Below, piece by piece: positions 49,653 through 62,680 of a stretch of 64,000 bases of DNA. Each line of letters opens with the position of its first letter. The first letter of the stretch is position 1. This DNA comes from Malacoraja senta. Lineage: Eukaryota. The notes below the pieces were generated by a model. That model had not been told where the DNA came from. It made no database searches and worked only from the letters and a program-made list of their open reading frames with translations. The stretch spans positions 1,984,001-2,048,000 of the forward strand of contig CM075989.1 in the NCBI GenBank assembly GCA_038087875.1. The letters are read 5' to 3'. The position numbers and the translations under genes are program-made.

Positions 49653-52451
49653 TTGTGTCTCAATGCAAGGAGCATTCGTAATAAGGTGGATGAGTTGAAC
49701 TTGCAGATAGCTATTAATGATTATGATATAGTTAGGATCACGGAGACATGGCTCCAGGGTGACCAAGGCTGGGAGCTGAACATCCAGGGATTTTCAATAT
49801 TCAGGAGGGATAGAGAGAAAGGAAAAGGAGGTGGGGTAGCATTGCTGGTTAGAGAGGAGATTAACGCAGTGGAAAGGAAGGACATTAGCTTGGAGGATGT
49901 GGAATCGGTATGGGTAGAGCTGCGAAACACTAAGGGGCAGAAAACGCTGGTGGGTGTTGTGTACAGGCCACCTAGCAGTAGTAGTGAAGTTGGGGATGGC
50001 ATCAAACAGGAAATTAGAAATGCGTGCAACAAAGGCAAAACAGTTATAATGGGTGACTTCAATCTACATATAGATTGGGTGAATCAAATTGGCAGGGGTG
50101 CTGAGGAAGAGGATTTCTTCGAATGTATGCAGGATAGTTATCTAAACCAACATGTAGAGGAACCAACGAGAGAGCAGGCTATTCTAGACTGGGTAATGAG
50201 TAATGAGGAAGGGTTAGTTAGCAGTCTTGTTGTACGTGCCCCCTTGGGCAAGAGTGACCATAATATGGTTGAGTTCTTCATTAGGATGGAGAGTGACATT
50301 GTTAATTCAGAAACAATGGTTCTGAACTTAAAGAAAGGTAACTTTGAGGGTATGAGACGTGAATTGGCCAAGATTGACTGGCAATTAGTTCTAAAAGGGT
50401 TGACGGTGGATATGCAATGGAAGGCATTTAAAGACTACATGGATGAACTACAAAAATTGTTCATCCCAGTTTGGCAAAAGAATAAATCAGGGAAGGTAGT
50501 GCATCCGTGGATAACAAGGGAAATCAGGGATAGTATCAAAGCAAAAGATGATGCGTACAAATTAGCCAGAAAAAGCAGCATACCAGAGGACTGGGAGAAA
50601 TTCAGAGACCAGCAGAGGAGGACAAAGGGCTTAATTAGGAACGGGAAAATAGATTATGAAAGAAAACTGGCAGGGAACATAAAAACTGACTGCAAAAGTT
50701 TTTATAGATTTGTGAAGAGAAAGAGATTAGTTAAAACAAATGTAGGTCCCTTGCAGTCAGAAACAGGTGAATTGATCATGGGGATCAAGGATATGGCGGA
50801 CCAATTGAATAACTACTTTGGTTCCATCTTCACTAAGGAAGACATAAATAATCTGCCGGAAATAGCAGGGGACCGCGGGTCAAAGGAGATGGAGGAACTG
50901 AGTGAAATCCAGGTTAGTCGGGAAGTGGTGTTGGGTAAATTGAATGGATTAAAGGCCGATAAATCACCAGGGCCAGATAGGCTGCATCCCAGAGTACTTA
51001 GGGAAGCAGCTCCAGAAATAGTGGATGCATTAGTGATAATTTTTCAAAACTCTTTAGATTCTGGAGTAGTTCCTGAGGATTGGAGGGTAGCAAATGTAAC
51101 CCCACTTTTCAAGAAGGGAGGGAGAGAGAAAACGGGGAATTACAGACCAGTTAGTCTAACATCGGTAGTGGGGAAACTGCTAGAGTCAGTTATTAAAGAT
51201 GGGATAGCAGCACATTTGGAAAGTGGTGAAATCATTGGACAAAGTCAGCATGGATTTACGAAAGGTAAATCATGTCTGACGAATCTTATAGAATTTTTCG
51301 AGGATGTAACTAGTAGAGTGGATAGGGGAGAACCAGTGGATGTGTTGTATCTGGACTTTCAGAAGGCTTTCGACAAGGTCCCACATAAGAGATTAGTATA
51401 CAAAATTAAAGCACATGGTATTGGGGGTTCAGTATTGATGTGGATAGAGAACTGGCTGGCAAACAGGAAGCAAAGAGTAGGAGTAAACGGGTCCTTTTCA
51501 CAATGGCAGGCAGTGACTAGTGGGGTACCGCAAGGCTCAGTGCTGGGACCCCAGCTATTTACAATTTATATTAAAGATCTGGACGAGGGAATTGAAGGCA
51601 ACATCTCCAAGTTTGCGGATGACACTAAGCTGGGGGGCAGTGTTAGCTGTGAGGAGGATGCTAGGAGACTGCAAGGTGACTTGGATAGGCTGGGTGAGTG
51701 GGCAAATGTTTGGCAGATGCAGTATAATGTGGATAAATGTGAGGTTATCCACTTTGGTGGCAAAAACAGGAAAGCAGACTATTATCTAATTGGTGGCCGA
51801 TTAGGAAAAGGGGAGATGCAGCGAGACCTGGGTGTCATGGTACACCAGTCATTAAAAGTAGGCATGCAGGTGCAGCAGGCAGTGAAGAAAGCGAATGGTA
51901 TGTTAGCTTTCATAGCAAAAGGATTTGAGTATAGGAGCAGGGAGGTTCTACTGCAGTTGTACAGGGTCTTGGTGAGACCACACCTGGAGTATTGCGTACA
52001 GTTTTGGTCTCCAAATCTGAGGAAGGACATTGTAGCCATAGAGGGAGTGCAGAGAAGGTTCACCAGACTGATTCCTGGGATGTCAGGACTTTCATATGAA
52101 GAAAGACTGGATAGACTCGGCTTATACTCGCTAGAATTTAGGAGATTGAGAGGGGATCTTATAGAAACTTACAAAATTCTTATGGGGTTGGACAGGCTAG
52201 ATGCAGGAAGATTGTTCCCGATGTTGGGGAAGTCCAGGACAAGGAGTCACAGCTTAAGGATAAGGGGGAAATCCTTTAAGACCGAGATGAGAAAAAACTT
52301 TTTCACACAGAGAGTGGTGAATCTCTGGAACTCTCTGCCACAGAGGGTAGTTGAGGCCAGTTCATTGGCTATATTTAAGAGGGAGTTAGATGTGGCCCTT
52401 GTGGCTAAAGGGATCAGGGGATATGGAGAGAAGGCAGGTACGGGATACTGA
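49653..52451 (+). CDS. CR1/HER1-clade LINE ORF2 (APE endonuclease + reverse transcriptase), uninterrupted 932 codons
   Basis: EN motifs CLNARS, ITETW, VYRPP, MGDFN, SDH; RT motifs NYRPVSLTS, YLDFQKAFDKV, GVPQGSVLGP, FADDTK; CR1 C-terminus LVRPHLEYC..WSP. The ORF opens on TTG; the likely ATG (49516) is one nt out of frame. Confidence 0.95.
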   Translation: MCLNARSIRNKVDELNLQIAINDYDIVRITETWLQGDQGWELNIQGFSIFRRDREKGKGGGVALLVREEINAVERKDISLEDVESVWVELRNTKGQKTLVGVVYRPPSSSSEVGDGIKQEIRNACNKGKTVIMGDFNLHIDWVNQIGRGAEEEDFFECMQDSYLNQHVEEPTREQAILDWVMSNEEGLVSSLVVRAPLGKSDHNMVEFFIRMESDIVNSETMVLNLKKGNFEGMRRELAKIDWQLVLKGLTVDMQWKAFKDYMDELQKLFIPVWQKNKSGKVVHPWITREIRDSIKAKDDAYKLARKSSIPEDWEKFRDQQRRTKGLIRNGKIDYERKLAGNIKTDCKSFYRFVKRKRLVKTNVGPLQSETGELIMGIKDMADQLNNYFGSIFTKEDINNLPEIAGDRGSKEMEELSEIQVSREVVLGKLNGLKADKSPGPDRLHPRVLREAAPEIVDALVIIFQNSLDSGVVPEDWRVANVTPLFKKGGREKTGNYRPVSLTSVVGKLLESVIKDGIAAHLESGEIIGQSQHGFTKGKSCLTNLIEFFEDVTSRVDRGEPVDVLYLDFQKAFDKVPHKRLVYKIKAHGIGGSVLMWIENWLANRKQRVGVNGSFSQWQAVTSGVPQGSVLGPQLFTIYIKDLDEGIEGNISKFADDTKLGGSVSCEEDARRLQGDLDRLGEWANVWQMQYNVDKCEVIHFGGKNRKADYYLIGGRLGKGEMQRDLGVMVHQSLKVGMQVQQAVKKANGMLAFIAKGFEYRSREVLLQLYRVLVRPHLEYCVQFWSPNLRKDIVAIEGVQRRFTRLIPGMSGLSYEERLDRLGLYSLEFRRLRGDLIETYKILMGLDRLDAGRLFPMLGKSRTRSHSLRIRGKSFKTEMRKNFFTQRVVNLWNSLPQRVVEASSLAIFKRELDVALVAKGIRGYGEKAGTGY

Positions 52452-52544
52452 GTTGGATGATCAGCCATGATCATATTGAATGGCGGTGCAGGCTCGAAAG
52501 GCCGAATGGCCTACTCCTGCACCTATTTTCTATGTATCTATGTA

Positions 52545-52550
<6 letters not shown>

Positions 52551-52637
<87 letters not shown>
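52551..52637. repeat. (TA)n microsatellite
   Basis: Seen directly. Confidence 0.98.
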
Positions 52638-52641
<4 letters not shown>

Positions 52642-53189
52642 TTGTGAATTTTCACACACAGAACTTTATTTTTCTGAACTTTTCTGAATGTTTTTTCCAG
52701 TCTGACGGAGGATCTCGACCTGAAACGTCACCCATTCCTTCTCTCCAGAGATGCTGCCTGTCCCGCTGAGTTACTCCAGCATTTTGTGCCTATCTTCCTT
52801 GTTTTTCCCCTTCTCATTTAGTATATTGTTTCCAGAGTACTATGTTTACATATTCTGTTGTGTTGCTGCAAGTACGAATGTCATTGTTCTGCCTGGGACA
52901 CATGACAATAAAACACTCTTGACTCTGGACTCTCGAGAGTTGCAACAAGCTCTGGGCTGTGACAGAGTGCTCACAGCACTGAGCTTCCCACTGCAGGTTG
53001 AGGGATGGGGAGCTGATATCATTGCTGTCCATCTATATCGGAGATAGACAGCGTAAGGTCAGAGACCAGAGCCAGCACTTCATCAATCTCCCTGTTTGTC
53101 AGTGTGAAGTTCATAACTATTCAATCACACCCATAATACACACCAAACTCTCCACATTCCCAGCAGCTGATGCCACAGAATGTTGTAAA

Positions 53190-53606
53190 AGAGGGCACAA
53201 AGTGCTGGAGTAAATCTATGGGTCAGACAGATAGGTGACGTTTCGGGTCAGGACCCTTCTTCAAAAATCTGATATGTCAGCTGTCCATGTTCTCCAGAGA
53301 AGCTGCCTGACTTGCTGAGTTACTCCACCACTTTCAGCCCTTTCGTGTAAACTATCTTCTGCACTTCCTCGTTTCTACCAGATTAGTGTGGTCTTCTGAC
53401 CCAACATGGCAACCTTGGGTCGCTCAAATCTCCGCTTGACCTGTCCCCACAGCCCCGTTTCAGTGCTTCCTGACCCAATGGTGCTGTGGTCGTAGACTGG
53501 AAACCAGCGCACTAACTGAATATTTAAGAAGGAGCTGCAGATGCTGGAAAATTGAAGGTAGACAAGAAATATTGCCTATTTCCTTCGCTTCATAGATGCT
53601 GCCTCA
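53190..53606. mobile_element. Two PLE units; 53523-53606 has a perfect 15-bp TSD
   Basis: cgcactaactgaata at 53508-53522 and 53607-53621. Confidence 0.8.
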
Positions 53607-53667
53607 CGCACTAACTGAATAGTTTATAGTGGACCTCGATGGATCGTTTGACCTGCTCCTTCATCTC

Positions 53668-54970
53668 ATAGTCACAGTCATACAGCGTGCAAGCTGGCCC
53701 TTTGGCCCAACTTGCCCACATAATAGTGAAAGGCTTGGATAGAGTGGATGTGGAGAGGATGTTTCCACCAGTGGGAGAGTCTAGGACCAGAGGTCATAGT
53801 CTCAGAATTAAAGGGCGTTCCTTTAGGAAGGAGATGAGGAGGAATTTCTTTAGTCAGGGGGTGGTGAATCTGTGGAGGCCAAGTCAATAGATATTTTTAA
53901 GGCAGAGATGGAGAGATTCTTGATTAGTACAGGTGTCAGAGGTTATGGGGTGAAAGCAGGAGAATGGGTTTCAGAGAGAGAGATAGATCAGCCATGATTG
54001 AATGGCGGAATAGATTTGATGGGCCAAATGGCCTAATTCTGCTCCCTTCACTTATGACTTTATGACCTTATGGCCATCAGCCAACGTGCCCCATCTACAC
54101 TGGTCCAACCTGCCCACATTTGGCCTATATCCCTCTAAACCTCTCCTATCCACGTACCTGTCTAAATGTCTCTTAAACGGTATGATAATGCATGCCTCAA
54201 CTACCTCCTCCAGCAGCTCATTCCAGATATCCACCACCCTTTGTGTAAAAACATTATCACTCAGGTTCCTTTTAAATCATTCCCCCCTCATCTTAAAGAT
54301 ATGTCCTCTGGTTATCAATTGCCTTATTCTAGGCAAAAGAATAAGGCAAAAAACCTGATCTATTCCTCGTGAGTTTGTACACTTCTATAAGATCACCCCT
54401 CAATATCTGTTGCGCTCCAAGAAATAGAGTCCCGGCCTGCTCACCTCTCCCTATAGCTCAGGTCCTGAATTCCTGGCAACATCCTCGTAAATCTTCCCTT
54501 CACCATTTCCACCTTGGCAACATCTTTCTTGTAATTCGGTGACTAAAACTGAACACAATACTCTATAGGTGGCCTCAGTAATGTCTAACACAAATGTAAG
54601 ATGACCTCCCAACTTCTATATTCAATACTCTGACTGATGCAGGGTCAATGTGTGGAAACCCTTTTTGACCATCCTGTTTACCTGTGATGCCATCAAGGAA
54701 CTACATATGTGTACACCAAGATCCTGCTGTAACTTTGACAACCATCTTCACTATCTACAACACCACGCACTTTAGTGTCATCTGAAAACTTGCGAATCAT
54801 GCCTTGTACGTTCTCATCTGAATCATTGATATAGATGACAAACATTAATGAGCCCAGCGCCAAACCCTGAGGCACACCACAAGTCACAGTCCTCCAATCC
54901 ATAAAAGAACCTTCCGCCATCTCCCATGAAGCCATTTTTCGATCCAGTCAGCTATCTCTCGTTGGATCCT
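53668..54970 (-). mobile_element. CR1 fragment with a younger plus-strand CR1 3' end (53720-54065) inserted
   Basis: GVPQGLALG..FSDDTK in ORF 54693-54935; IVKGLDRVDVERMFP on the plus strand. Confidence 0.8.
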
Positions 54971-54994
54971 GTTTGTCTTGTTCTTACTTCTTTT

Positions 54995-55283
54995 ACTTTA
55001 GACTATAGACTTTAGATACTTTACGGAAACAGGCCCTTCACCCACTGAGTCCATGCCGACCTACACATTAGGGACAATTTACAATTTTTTTACTGCAGCC
55101 AATTAGCCGACAAACCTGTACATCTTTGGAATGTGGGAGGAAAGCGAAGCACTTGGGAGAAAATCCACGGGGTCACAGGGAGAACGTGCAAACTTCATAC
55201 AGACAGCAACCTTAGTCAGTATCGAACCCGGGTCTCTGGCCCTGCAAGGTTGCCACTCTACCTCTGCAGCAGTATGCTGCCCT
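54995..55283 (-). mobile_element. HE1-type V-SINE
   Basis: Reverse copy. Confidence 0.85.
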
Positions 55284-57139
55284 GCTAATGGACCATTGTA
55301 AGTTCAGGATACAAGTTCTGTGTGCTTGCTGTTGTATTCCCCACTCACAGAATTCATTCTATTTATTTGTGTACCAATTTGGTTAACGTGCGACCCTTTC
55401 CATGAGAGCAGCGCTGTATAGTTCACAAGTTATAGGAGTAGAATTAGGCCATTCAGCCCATCCAGTCTACTCCGCCATTCACTCGTGGCTGATCTCTTCC
55501 TCCTAATCCCATTTCCCTGCCTTCTCCCCATAACCCTTGTCACCCATTCTAATCAAAAAAATGTCTATCTCTGCTTTAACATACTTGGCCTCCACAGCGC
55601 TCAATGAGTTCCACAGATTAACTACCCTCCGACTAAAGAAGTTGCTCCTCACCGCCTTTCGAAACTACCGTGCTTATCCCAGTGCCTGTGCTCTATGTTC
55701 TGCCTGCTGGGGTGCTCGGAATAAGCCTGTGCCCTGCAGCAGTTGCAGTGTTCCTTAGCAGAGGAGCAGTTGCCAGACACTTCTGCTGACTGCGCTGTCC
55801 CAAACTACAATCTCAGCTTAGATATTAAGGAGGGCTCTGGGGCGAAGGCAGGGTTTACAGTGGCTCCAAGCCAAACACAACACTTTAATAAATTGACCGA
55901 TAGTAATGCAATAACATTTTTTCGCTGAGTGACCAGTACTCACAACTTAAGATCAGCACCTACAAAATTAAAGTTCACTTCAGTATATATTTCTCCTGAT
56001 ACAAAAGTACTAACTGCAATTTATAATTTCAAAGTTCAATAAGGGTTTTGCAAACAATTGCTCCAGTCGGGGATTAAATGTCGACGTGCCATTTCAATGT
56101 CAAGTGTAATTATTTTAATACAAAGTCGTCGTATGAAAGCAGGTCTTGGTGATTGGAGATCAGATTGTCAATGTCTCAATTCATCGTCACGCTGAGCCAC
56201 TTCACTCAGTGTTTGACAAGTAAAGACAGTGACACAGCCGCCATCATTCACTGGCGTTGGGCCTGTAAACCCGACACATTAAAGACTAACGGGCCAGGGA
56301 GTGCTTCAAAGTTTCCATAGTTCCCAGCTGTTTAATAAGCACAGCTTGGCATCCTCAGTGTGAATGCTCGGACCCATGACATTCAGACATCACCCTGTCT
56401 GGATTGATTGATCGATTGATACTCTATAGGTCCTGGGTACCTGGTACAGAGAGATTCTTTGTTTCACATACAGTACACAAGTATGCAAACAGTACCCACA
56501 TAAAGAACGCCAACCCAGTTACAAAAGTACTCAATATAGTCCTGATAGTCCCTCTTCCTTCTCTCCTCCCCCCATCTGAGTCCCCCTTTGTTCTTGCCCT
56601 CCCCCCCTGGTGGCACTCTATTCAGAAACAAGACTGCAACTACAGGCACAGGCCACTTAGAGTCATAGAGTCATACACCACGGAACCAGGGCCTTTGGCT
56701 CAACTTGCCCATTCCGACCAAGATGCCCCATCTACATTAGTCCCACCTGCCCAAGTTTGACCCATTCCCACCAAACCTTTCCTATCCTGTGCCTGTCCAA
56801 ATATCTTTGAAATGTTGTTCTAGATTCTGGGTCGTTATAGATACTGCCAGATCTATAACGACCCAGCAACATCTGCCGGGCCTGCAGTGTCAACGTTGAC
56901 TTGCCCGGTAGTGTTGATGGTGGGGACAGACTGTTTGTTCTTCAGTCCAGTTGATCTTAAACCAAAATATTGTAATCGTTGTGTAAAAATGCCTGGCCAT
57001 TTACACTGGGTCTGTGGTGTCGATGTGCTTCTGCAGGGCATCAATGATGTGACAGCATATCACCAGCAGCTGTGTAAGTTTACTGCCAAACCTCTCCACG
57101 TATGTTGGCTCCATGCACTAAATAATGCCAGGTTACACT

Positions 57140-57587
57140 GCAGCACAGTGGTGCAGCTGGTAGAGTTGCTGCCTCACAGCACCGGAGACCTGGGTTCCAT
57201 CCTGACCTCCCTGTATGGGGTTTGCACGATTCCTCCTTAATCACAAAGGCTTGCAGGTTGGTAGGTTAATTGGTTTGATGTGTATCCCAGAATGTTTCAA
57301 TCTTGCTATCACATGTGTTTATGTTAGTTTAGAGATACAGCGCGGAAACAGGCTCTTCAGCCCAACGAGTTTGCATGCTAACACTATCCTACACTAGGGA
57401 CAATTTGCCAATAAACCTAAAACCTGTACATCTTTGGAGTGTGGGAGGAAACCGAAGATCTTGGGGAAAACCAACACCTGCACGGGGAGAGCGTACAAAC
57501 TCCCCGTACAGACAGCTCCTGTAGTCAGGATCGAACCGGGGTCTCGTGCGCTGTGAGGGAGCAGCTCTACCACTGCACCACTGTGCT
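57140..57587. mobile_element. Tail-to-tail HE1 pair (57140-57280 plus, partial; 57325-57587 minus)
   Basis: Matches family. Confidence 0.8.
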
Positions 57588-57709
57588 GTACAAAACAGTG
57601 CAGACCTATTAAATTACTCAAATGTAAACTTTCCAGGCAACCTTGGTTGGAATTGAACATGTGTTTTAATCCAGGACAATAAGCATATGTGAAACGCGGG
57701 CCATAGAGA

Positions 57710-58210
57710 GGCCCAACTTGCCCACACTGACCAACATGTCCCAGCTATACTAGTCCCACCTGCCTGCATTTTGGTCCAGATCCCTTCTAACCTGTCCTAT
57801 CCATGTGCCTGTCCAACTGCTTCTTAACCTTTGGGATAGTCCCAGCCTCAACTACCTCCTCTGGCAGCTTGTTCCATACACCCATCACCTTTGTGTGACA
57901 ACGTTGCCCCTCGGATTCCTATTAAATCTTTTCCCCATCACCTTAAACCTATACCCTCTGGTCCTCGATTCCCCAACTCTGGGCAAGAGACGGTGCATCT
58001 ACCCGATCTATTCCTCTCATGATTTTATACATCTCAACAAGATCACGCCTCATCCTCCTGCGTTCAAGGGAATAGACTCCCCACCTACTCAACCTCTCCC
58101 TATAGTTCAGACCGACCAGTCCTGGCAACATCCTCGTAAATCTTCTCTGTACCCTTTTCAGCTTGACAATATCTTTCCTGTAACATGGTGCCCAGAACTG
58201 AACACAATAT
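57710..58210 (-). mobile_element. CR1 3' fragment
   Basis: MLPGLVGLNYRERL..YSLERRRMRRDL. Confidence 0.85.
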
Positions 58211-58299
58211 GATACAAGGTTGCTTGGTTAATGTTATTGATTGCCTTTGTGTAAAAAAACACCAAGATATTTAGCATTCACGTCAGTGGAAGCAAATAT

Positions 58300-58662
58300 C
58301 ATAGATACATAGATACATAGACAGTAGATGCAGCAGTAGGCCATTCGGCCCTTTAAGCCAGCACCGCCATTCAATGTGATCATGGCTGATCATCCACAAT
58401 CAGTACCCCGTTCCTGCCTTCTCCCCATATCCCTTGATTCCGCTAGCCCTAAGAGCTCTATCGAACTCTCTTTTGAATACATCCAGTGAATCGGCCTCCA
58501 CGGCCTTCTGAGGCAGAGAATTCCACAAATTCACAACTCTCTGGGTGAAAATGTATTTCCTCATCTCAGTTCTAAATGACCTACCCCTTATTCTTAAACT
58601 GTGGCCCCTGGTTCTGGACACCCCCAACATCGGGAACATGCTTCCTGCATCTAGCGTGTCCA
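58300..58662 (-). mobile_element. CR1/HER1 3' fragment
   Basis: FTQRVVNLWNSLPQ...GYGEKAGTGY plus tail. Confidence 0.9.
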
Positions 58663-59684
58663 AAACAGAATTTGATGTGGACTTACAGCACAAACAGAAG
58701 TCAGGTATCCACCTCATTGTACGTATGAATTTTCAGAAGATTTCAAACAATAGACGTGCTCTGGAGCTCGATGTCAAAGGGAAGGCCGGTGCAAATGGGG
58801 GAGTTGTACAGGAGCAGAAAGGAAAGGGTAGGGACCAAGTGGATGTTCTTCAACGTAGCAACTGGTGTTTTACACTGTCACTCACAGCAAGGACCTCTTT
58901 TGTTTACTATTCATGGAGATGCTTTCAATACAGGCATGAAAGGAATAATATGGAAGTTAATTGACATCAAACTGTGGAGAAAGAAAATCGCAAGGGAACG
59001 TGGACAGATGTTCAGCAATGTGAGCTGCTTTGATAAGGCACATCGTGGAAACTCTGCCCGAGCACAATATCTGAGCAGAAAGATGTAATGGAAGCAGAAT
59101 CTATAATGACTGTTTAAAAGGAGCTGAACAGTGCCTGCAGAAACCTTTGGGGAAAGGGGAGGGTTTTTAGATGAGATGTGTATGACATTCAGCAAGAGAC
59201 ACGTCCCCTGGTCTTTGGCCTTGATCTGAACTTCTGTGCTGTAAACATCATTTTTTTCCAGATGAGCAGAGGAAACCGATCATTTCATTGCCTGGTGCGT
59301 TACAATGCAGGGAATCATGAATACAATTTAGAATAAAATAATATACAAGGTGAGACTGTGAAGGGAAGAGATTGTAGAATGACGATACATTGATATATGC
59401 GTTGAGATTGGGATGCAATAGGTGAATTATTTATGGTGCAGAAATGAAGATGATATCAGGCTGAATATATATGTTGCTATTTGCATCACATCTGGCCACT
59501 ACATAATCTGTTGGGGAACAAGGATGTACAAATGCTGGAATCTTTAGCCAAGGCTGGAGGAATTCAGTGGGTCTGAGGAAATGAACAGATGACGTTTCGG
59601 GTCGGGACCTTCTTCAGACTGATTGCAATAAGGGGGGAGAAAGCTGGAAACGAGAGATGGGGCGGGGCAAAGCCCAGCAAGAGA

Positions 59685-59978
59685 TAGTTCAGAGATACAG
59701 GATGGAAACTGGTCCTTCAGCCCACCAAGTCCGTGCCAACTACTACACTAGATCACCTGTACACTCGTTTTATCCTACACACTAGGGATGATTTACAGAA
59801 GCCAATTAACCTACAAATGCCCTTGGAGTGTGGGAAGAAACCGGAGCACCCAAAGAAAACCCATGCAGTCAAAGGGAGAACATGCAAACTCCGTACAGAC
59901 AGCACCCATAGTCAGGATGGAGCCCAGGTCTCTCGCACTGTACGGCAGCAACTTTACCGCTGCACCACTGTGCCGCCC
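59685..59978 (-). mobile_element. HE1-type V-SINE
   Basis: Reverse copy. Confidence 0.87.
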
Positions 59979-60230
59979 TGGTAGGTGAATAGAGGTGAGA
60001 GGGGTTTGATTGGCAGACAGGTGGATTAAGTGACAAAGGTAGAGATGTGGACAAAAGACAATAGACAATAGGTGCAAGAGTAGGCCATTCGGCCCTTCGA
60101 GCCAGCACCGCCATTCAATGTGATCATGGCTGATCATCTCCAATCAGTACCCCATTCCTGCCTTCTCCCCATATCCCCTGACTCCGCTGTTTTTAAGAGA
60201 CCTATCTAGCTCTCGAAAGCATCCAGAGAA

Positions 60231-60478
60231 TTACAGCACTTACAGCGCTAGAGACCCGGGTTCAATCCCGACTAGGGGTGCTGTCTGTACGGAGTTTGTA
60301 CGCTCTCCCCGTGACCTGCGTGGGTTTTCTCCAAGAACTTTGGTTAATTGGCTTGGTATAATGTAAAAATTGTCCCCAGTGTGTGTAGGATTGTGTTAGT
60401 GTGTGGGGATCACTGGTCGGAATGGACTCGGTGGGCCGAAGGGCCTGTTTTTCCACTGTATCTCTAAACTAAACAAAA
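60231..60478 (+). mobile_element. HE1-type V-SINE (5' and internally deleted)
   Basis: B box, body and tail. Confidence 0.85.
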
Positions 60479-61425
60479 CGAAGGTTCTGTGTGAGAATCC
60501 TGAATGTGCCGTGTCGAACAACAACATTTCCCATTAAAGTTCAGCTGAGCATGAACGGCACATCGGGTTGTGGTGAAGACTGTCGAGATTGATGTCAAGA
60601 GTGAGCAATTGTCACGACGAGATTAGATTTTAAACATTGCACCTTCTTACAGTCAAGTAGAAAAGGTGAAGAGGAAAATGGAAAATAAGTTTTCAATAGT
60701 AATGACTAGTTTTCTGTTAACAATTGTTTCCACTGGTTGGTGAATAAATAAGATGGAGACACATGCTGAAGATAATTAATTGGACAATGATCCTGAACAG
60801 CAGGTTCCCAGTTTCAGACAAGGGCTATAATAGTATTTAAGAGTAAATGGGCTATGTATCTGAAAAGAAATAACATGAAATTATGTAAGAAATGTGTAGG
60901 AAAATAGGGTGTAGCTGTCTTCAGTCAGCGCAACAGGCAAAATGCATTCCAGCAGTAATTTCGCCACCGGAGGTTTATGTGTCAACTGTGGCTGGGAGTG
61001 AAGTATTTTGAATTGTCATTAATATCTAATTGCTCACTCGTGTCAGCAGAGTGTTCAATGATCCACACTCGTGTTTACAATCACAATTGGAGACTGTTAT
61101 GTGTATAAATGTCTGCATGTCAATGTGCTCTGTGCAAACTTAGGTTGGGCATCACTCATTGCCGCACCTTTCTTGCATGTTCCAAAGAGCTGAGGATTGA
61201 AAATAATTGATCAATGGTATTAGGCAAGTGTTATGAAGATGCAGATTGTTGGCCAGACTACTGGCAATAAGAGTGAGAGAGTGTCACAGAGACATACAGT
61301 AATGAAGCTGGCCGTTCGCTCCAATTTGTCCATGACGACCAAACAAGTCCCTTGTCCCAGTATTGGCCCATGTCTCTCGAAACCTTTCCCATCCATGTAC
61401 CTGGTCCAGTGTCTTTTACATGCTG

Positions 61426-61955
61426 TTTAGTTTAGTTTAGAGATGGAACGAGGAAACAGGCCCTTCGGTCCTCTGACTCCATGCCGACCAACGATCCCCA
61501 CACACTAACACTATCCTGCACACACAAGGCAGCATTTACAATCTCATCAAGCCCATTAACCTAGTCACCGTGCTGCCCTCGCATGCTCTAAAGGGCTGAG
61601 GATTGAAAATAATGTAGTGAGGGCATTAGGCAAGAGTTATGCAGATGAAGATTGTTGGCCAGGCTACTGGGCAGCACGGTGGGGCAGCGGTAGAGTTGCT
61701 GCCTTACAGCGCCAGAGACTTGGGTTCGATCCTGACTACGGGTGCTGGCTGCATGGGGTTTGCAAGTTCTCCCTGTGACCTGCGTGGGTTTTCTCTGGGT
61801 GCTCCGGTTTCCTCCCACACTACAAAGACCTAAAGGTTTGTAGGCTAATCGGCTTGGTTTAATTGTAAATTGTCCCTCGTGTGTGTAAGATAGTGTTATT
61901 GTGCGGGGATCGCTGGTCGGCGCGGACTCAGAGGGCCGAAGTCCCTGAACTAAAC
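61426..61955. mobile_element. Head-to-head HE1 pair (61426-61578 minus, deleted; 61668-61955 plus)
   Basis: caccgtgctgccc / gggcagcacggtg heads. Confidence 0.85.
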
Positions 61956-61959
61956 CACT

Positions 61960-62680
61960 ACATAGTCACACATTAATGAAGCAGGCTGTTTGGCCCAACT
62001 TGACTATGCTAGCCAAGATGCCTTGCCTAAACTAGTCCCATTTACCCACATTTGACACATATCTCTTTTCTATCCATGTACCTGCCTAAGTGTCTTTTAA
62101 ATCCTGTTATAGTACCTGTCTCAGCTACTTCCTCTGGCAGCTTGTTCCATATACTCACCACCTTCTGAGTAAAAATGTTGCCCCTTAAAGGTTCCTATTA
62201 AATCTTGCCTCTCGCAACTTAAACCCATGTCCTCTGGTTCTTGCCTCTCTGACTCTGGGTAAAAGACTGTGCATTCATCATACTTCTTCCCCTCATCATT
62301 TTATGCACCTTTATAAGTTCACACCTCCGCCTCCTGTGCTCCAAAGAATAAAATCCTAGCCTACCCTACCCCTCCCCAAAGCTCAGGCCCTCAAGTACTG
62401 GAAACATCCTCGTAAATCTTCTCTGCCCACTTTCCAGCTAAATGATATCCTTGCTGTGGAAGAGTGACCAAAACCGAGCACTGTTCTCCAAATGTGGCCT
62501 CATCTGTAACATAATGTTCCAACTTCTGTACAAAATACCTTGTCCGATGGAGGCCAATGTACCAAAAGCTTCCTTCACCACTCTATCGAATGCAGTGACA
62601 CGTTGAGGAAACTGTGTACTTACACCCCTAGATCCCTCTGCTCTACTGGGCCCTGCCATTCACTGTGAGGGTCCTGCTCA
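61960..62680 (-). mobile_element. CR1 3' fragment
   Basis: KEAFGTLASIGQG..RPHLENSARFWS plus tail. Confidence 0.8.

Larger units (their letters stand above)
49178..52546 (+). mobile_element. Young 5'-truncated CR1/HER1 LINE
   Basis: ORF1 end, spacer, ORF2, 3'UTR and (TATGTATC) tail; flanked on both sides by (TA)n. Confidence 0.93.
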
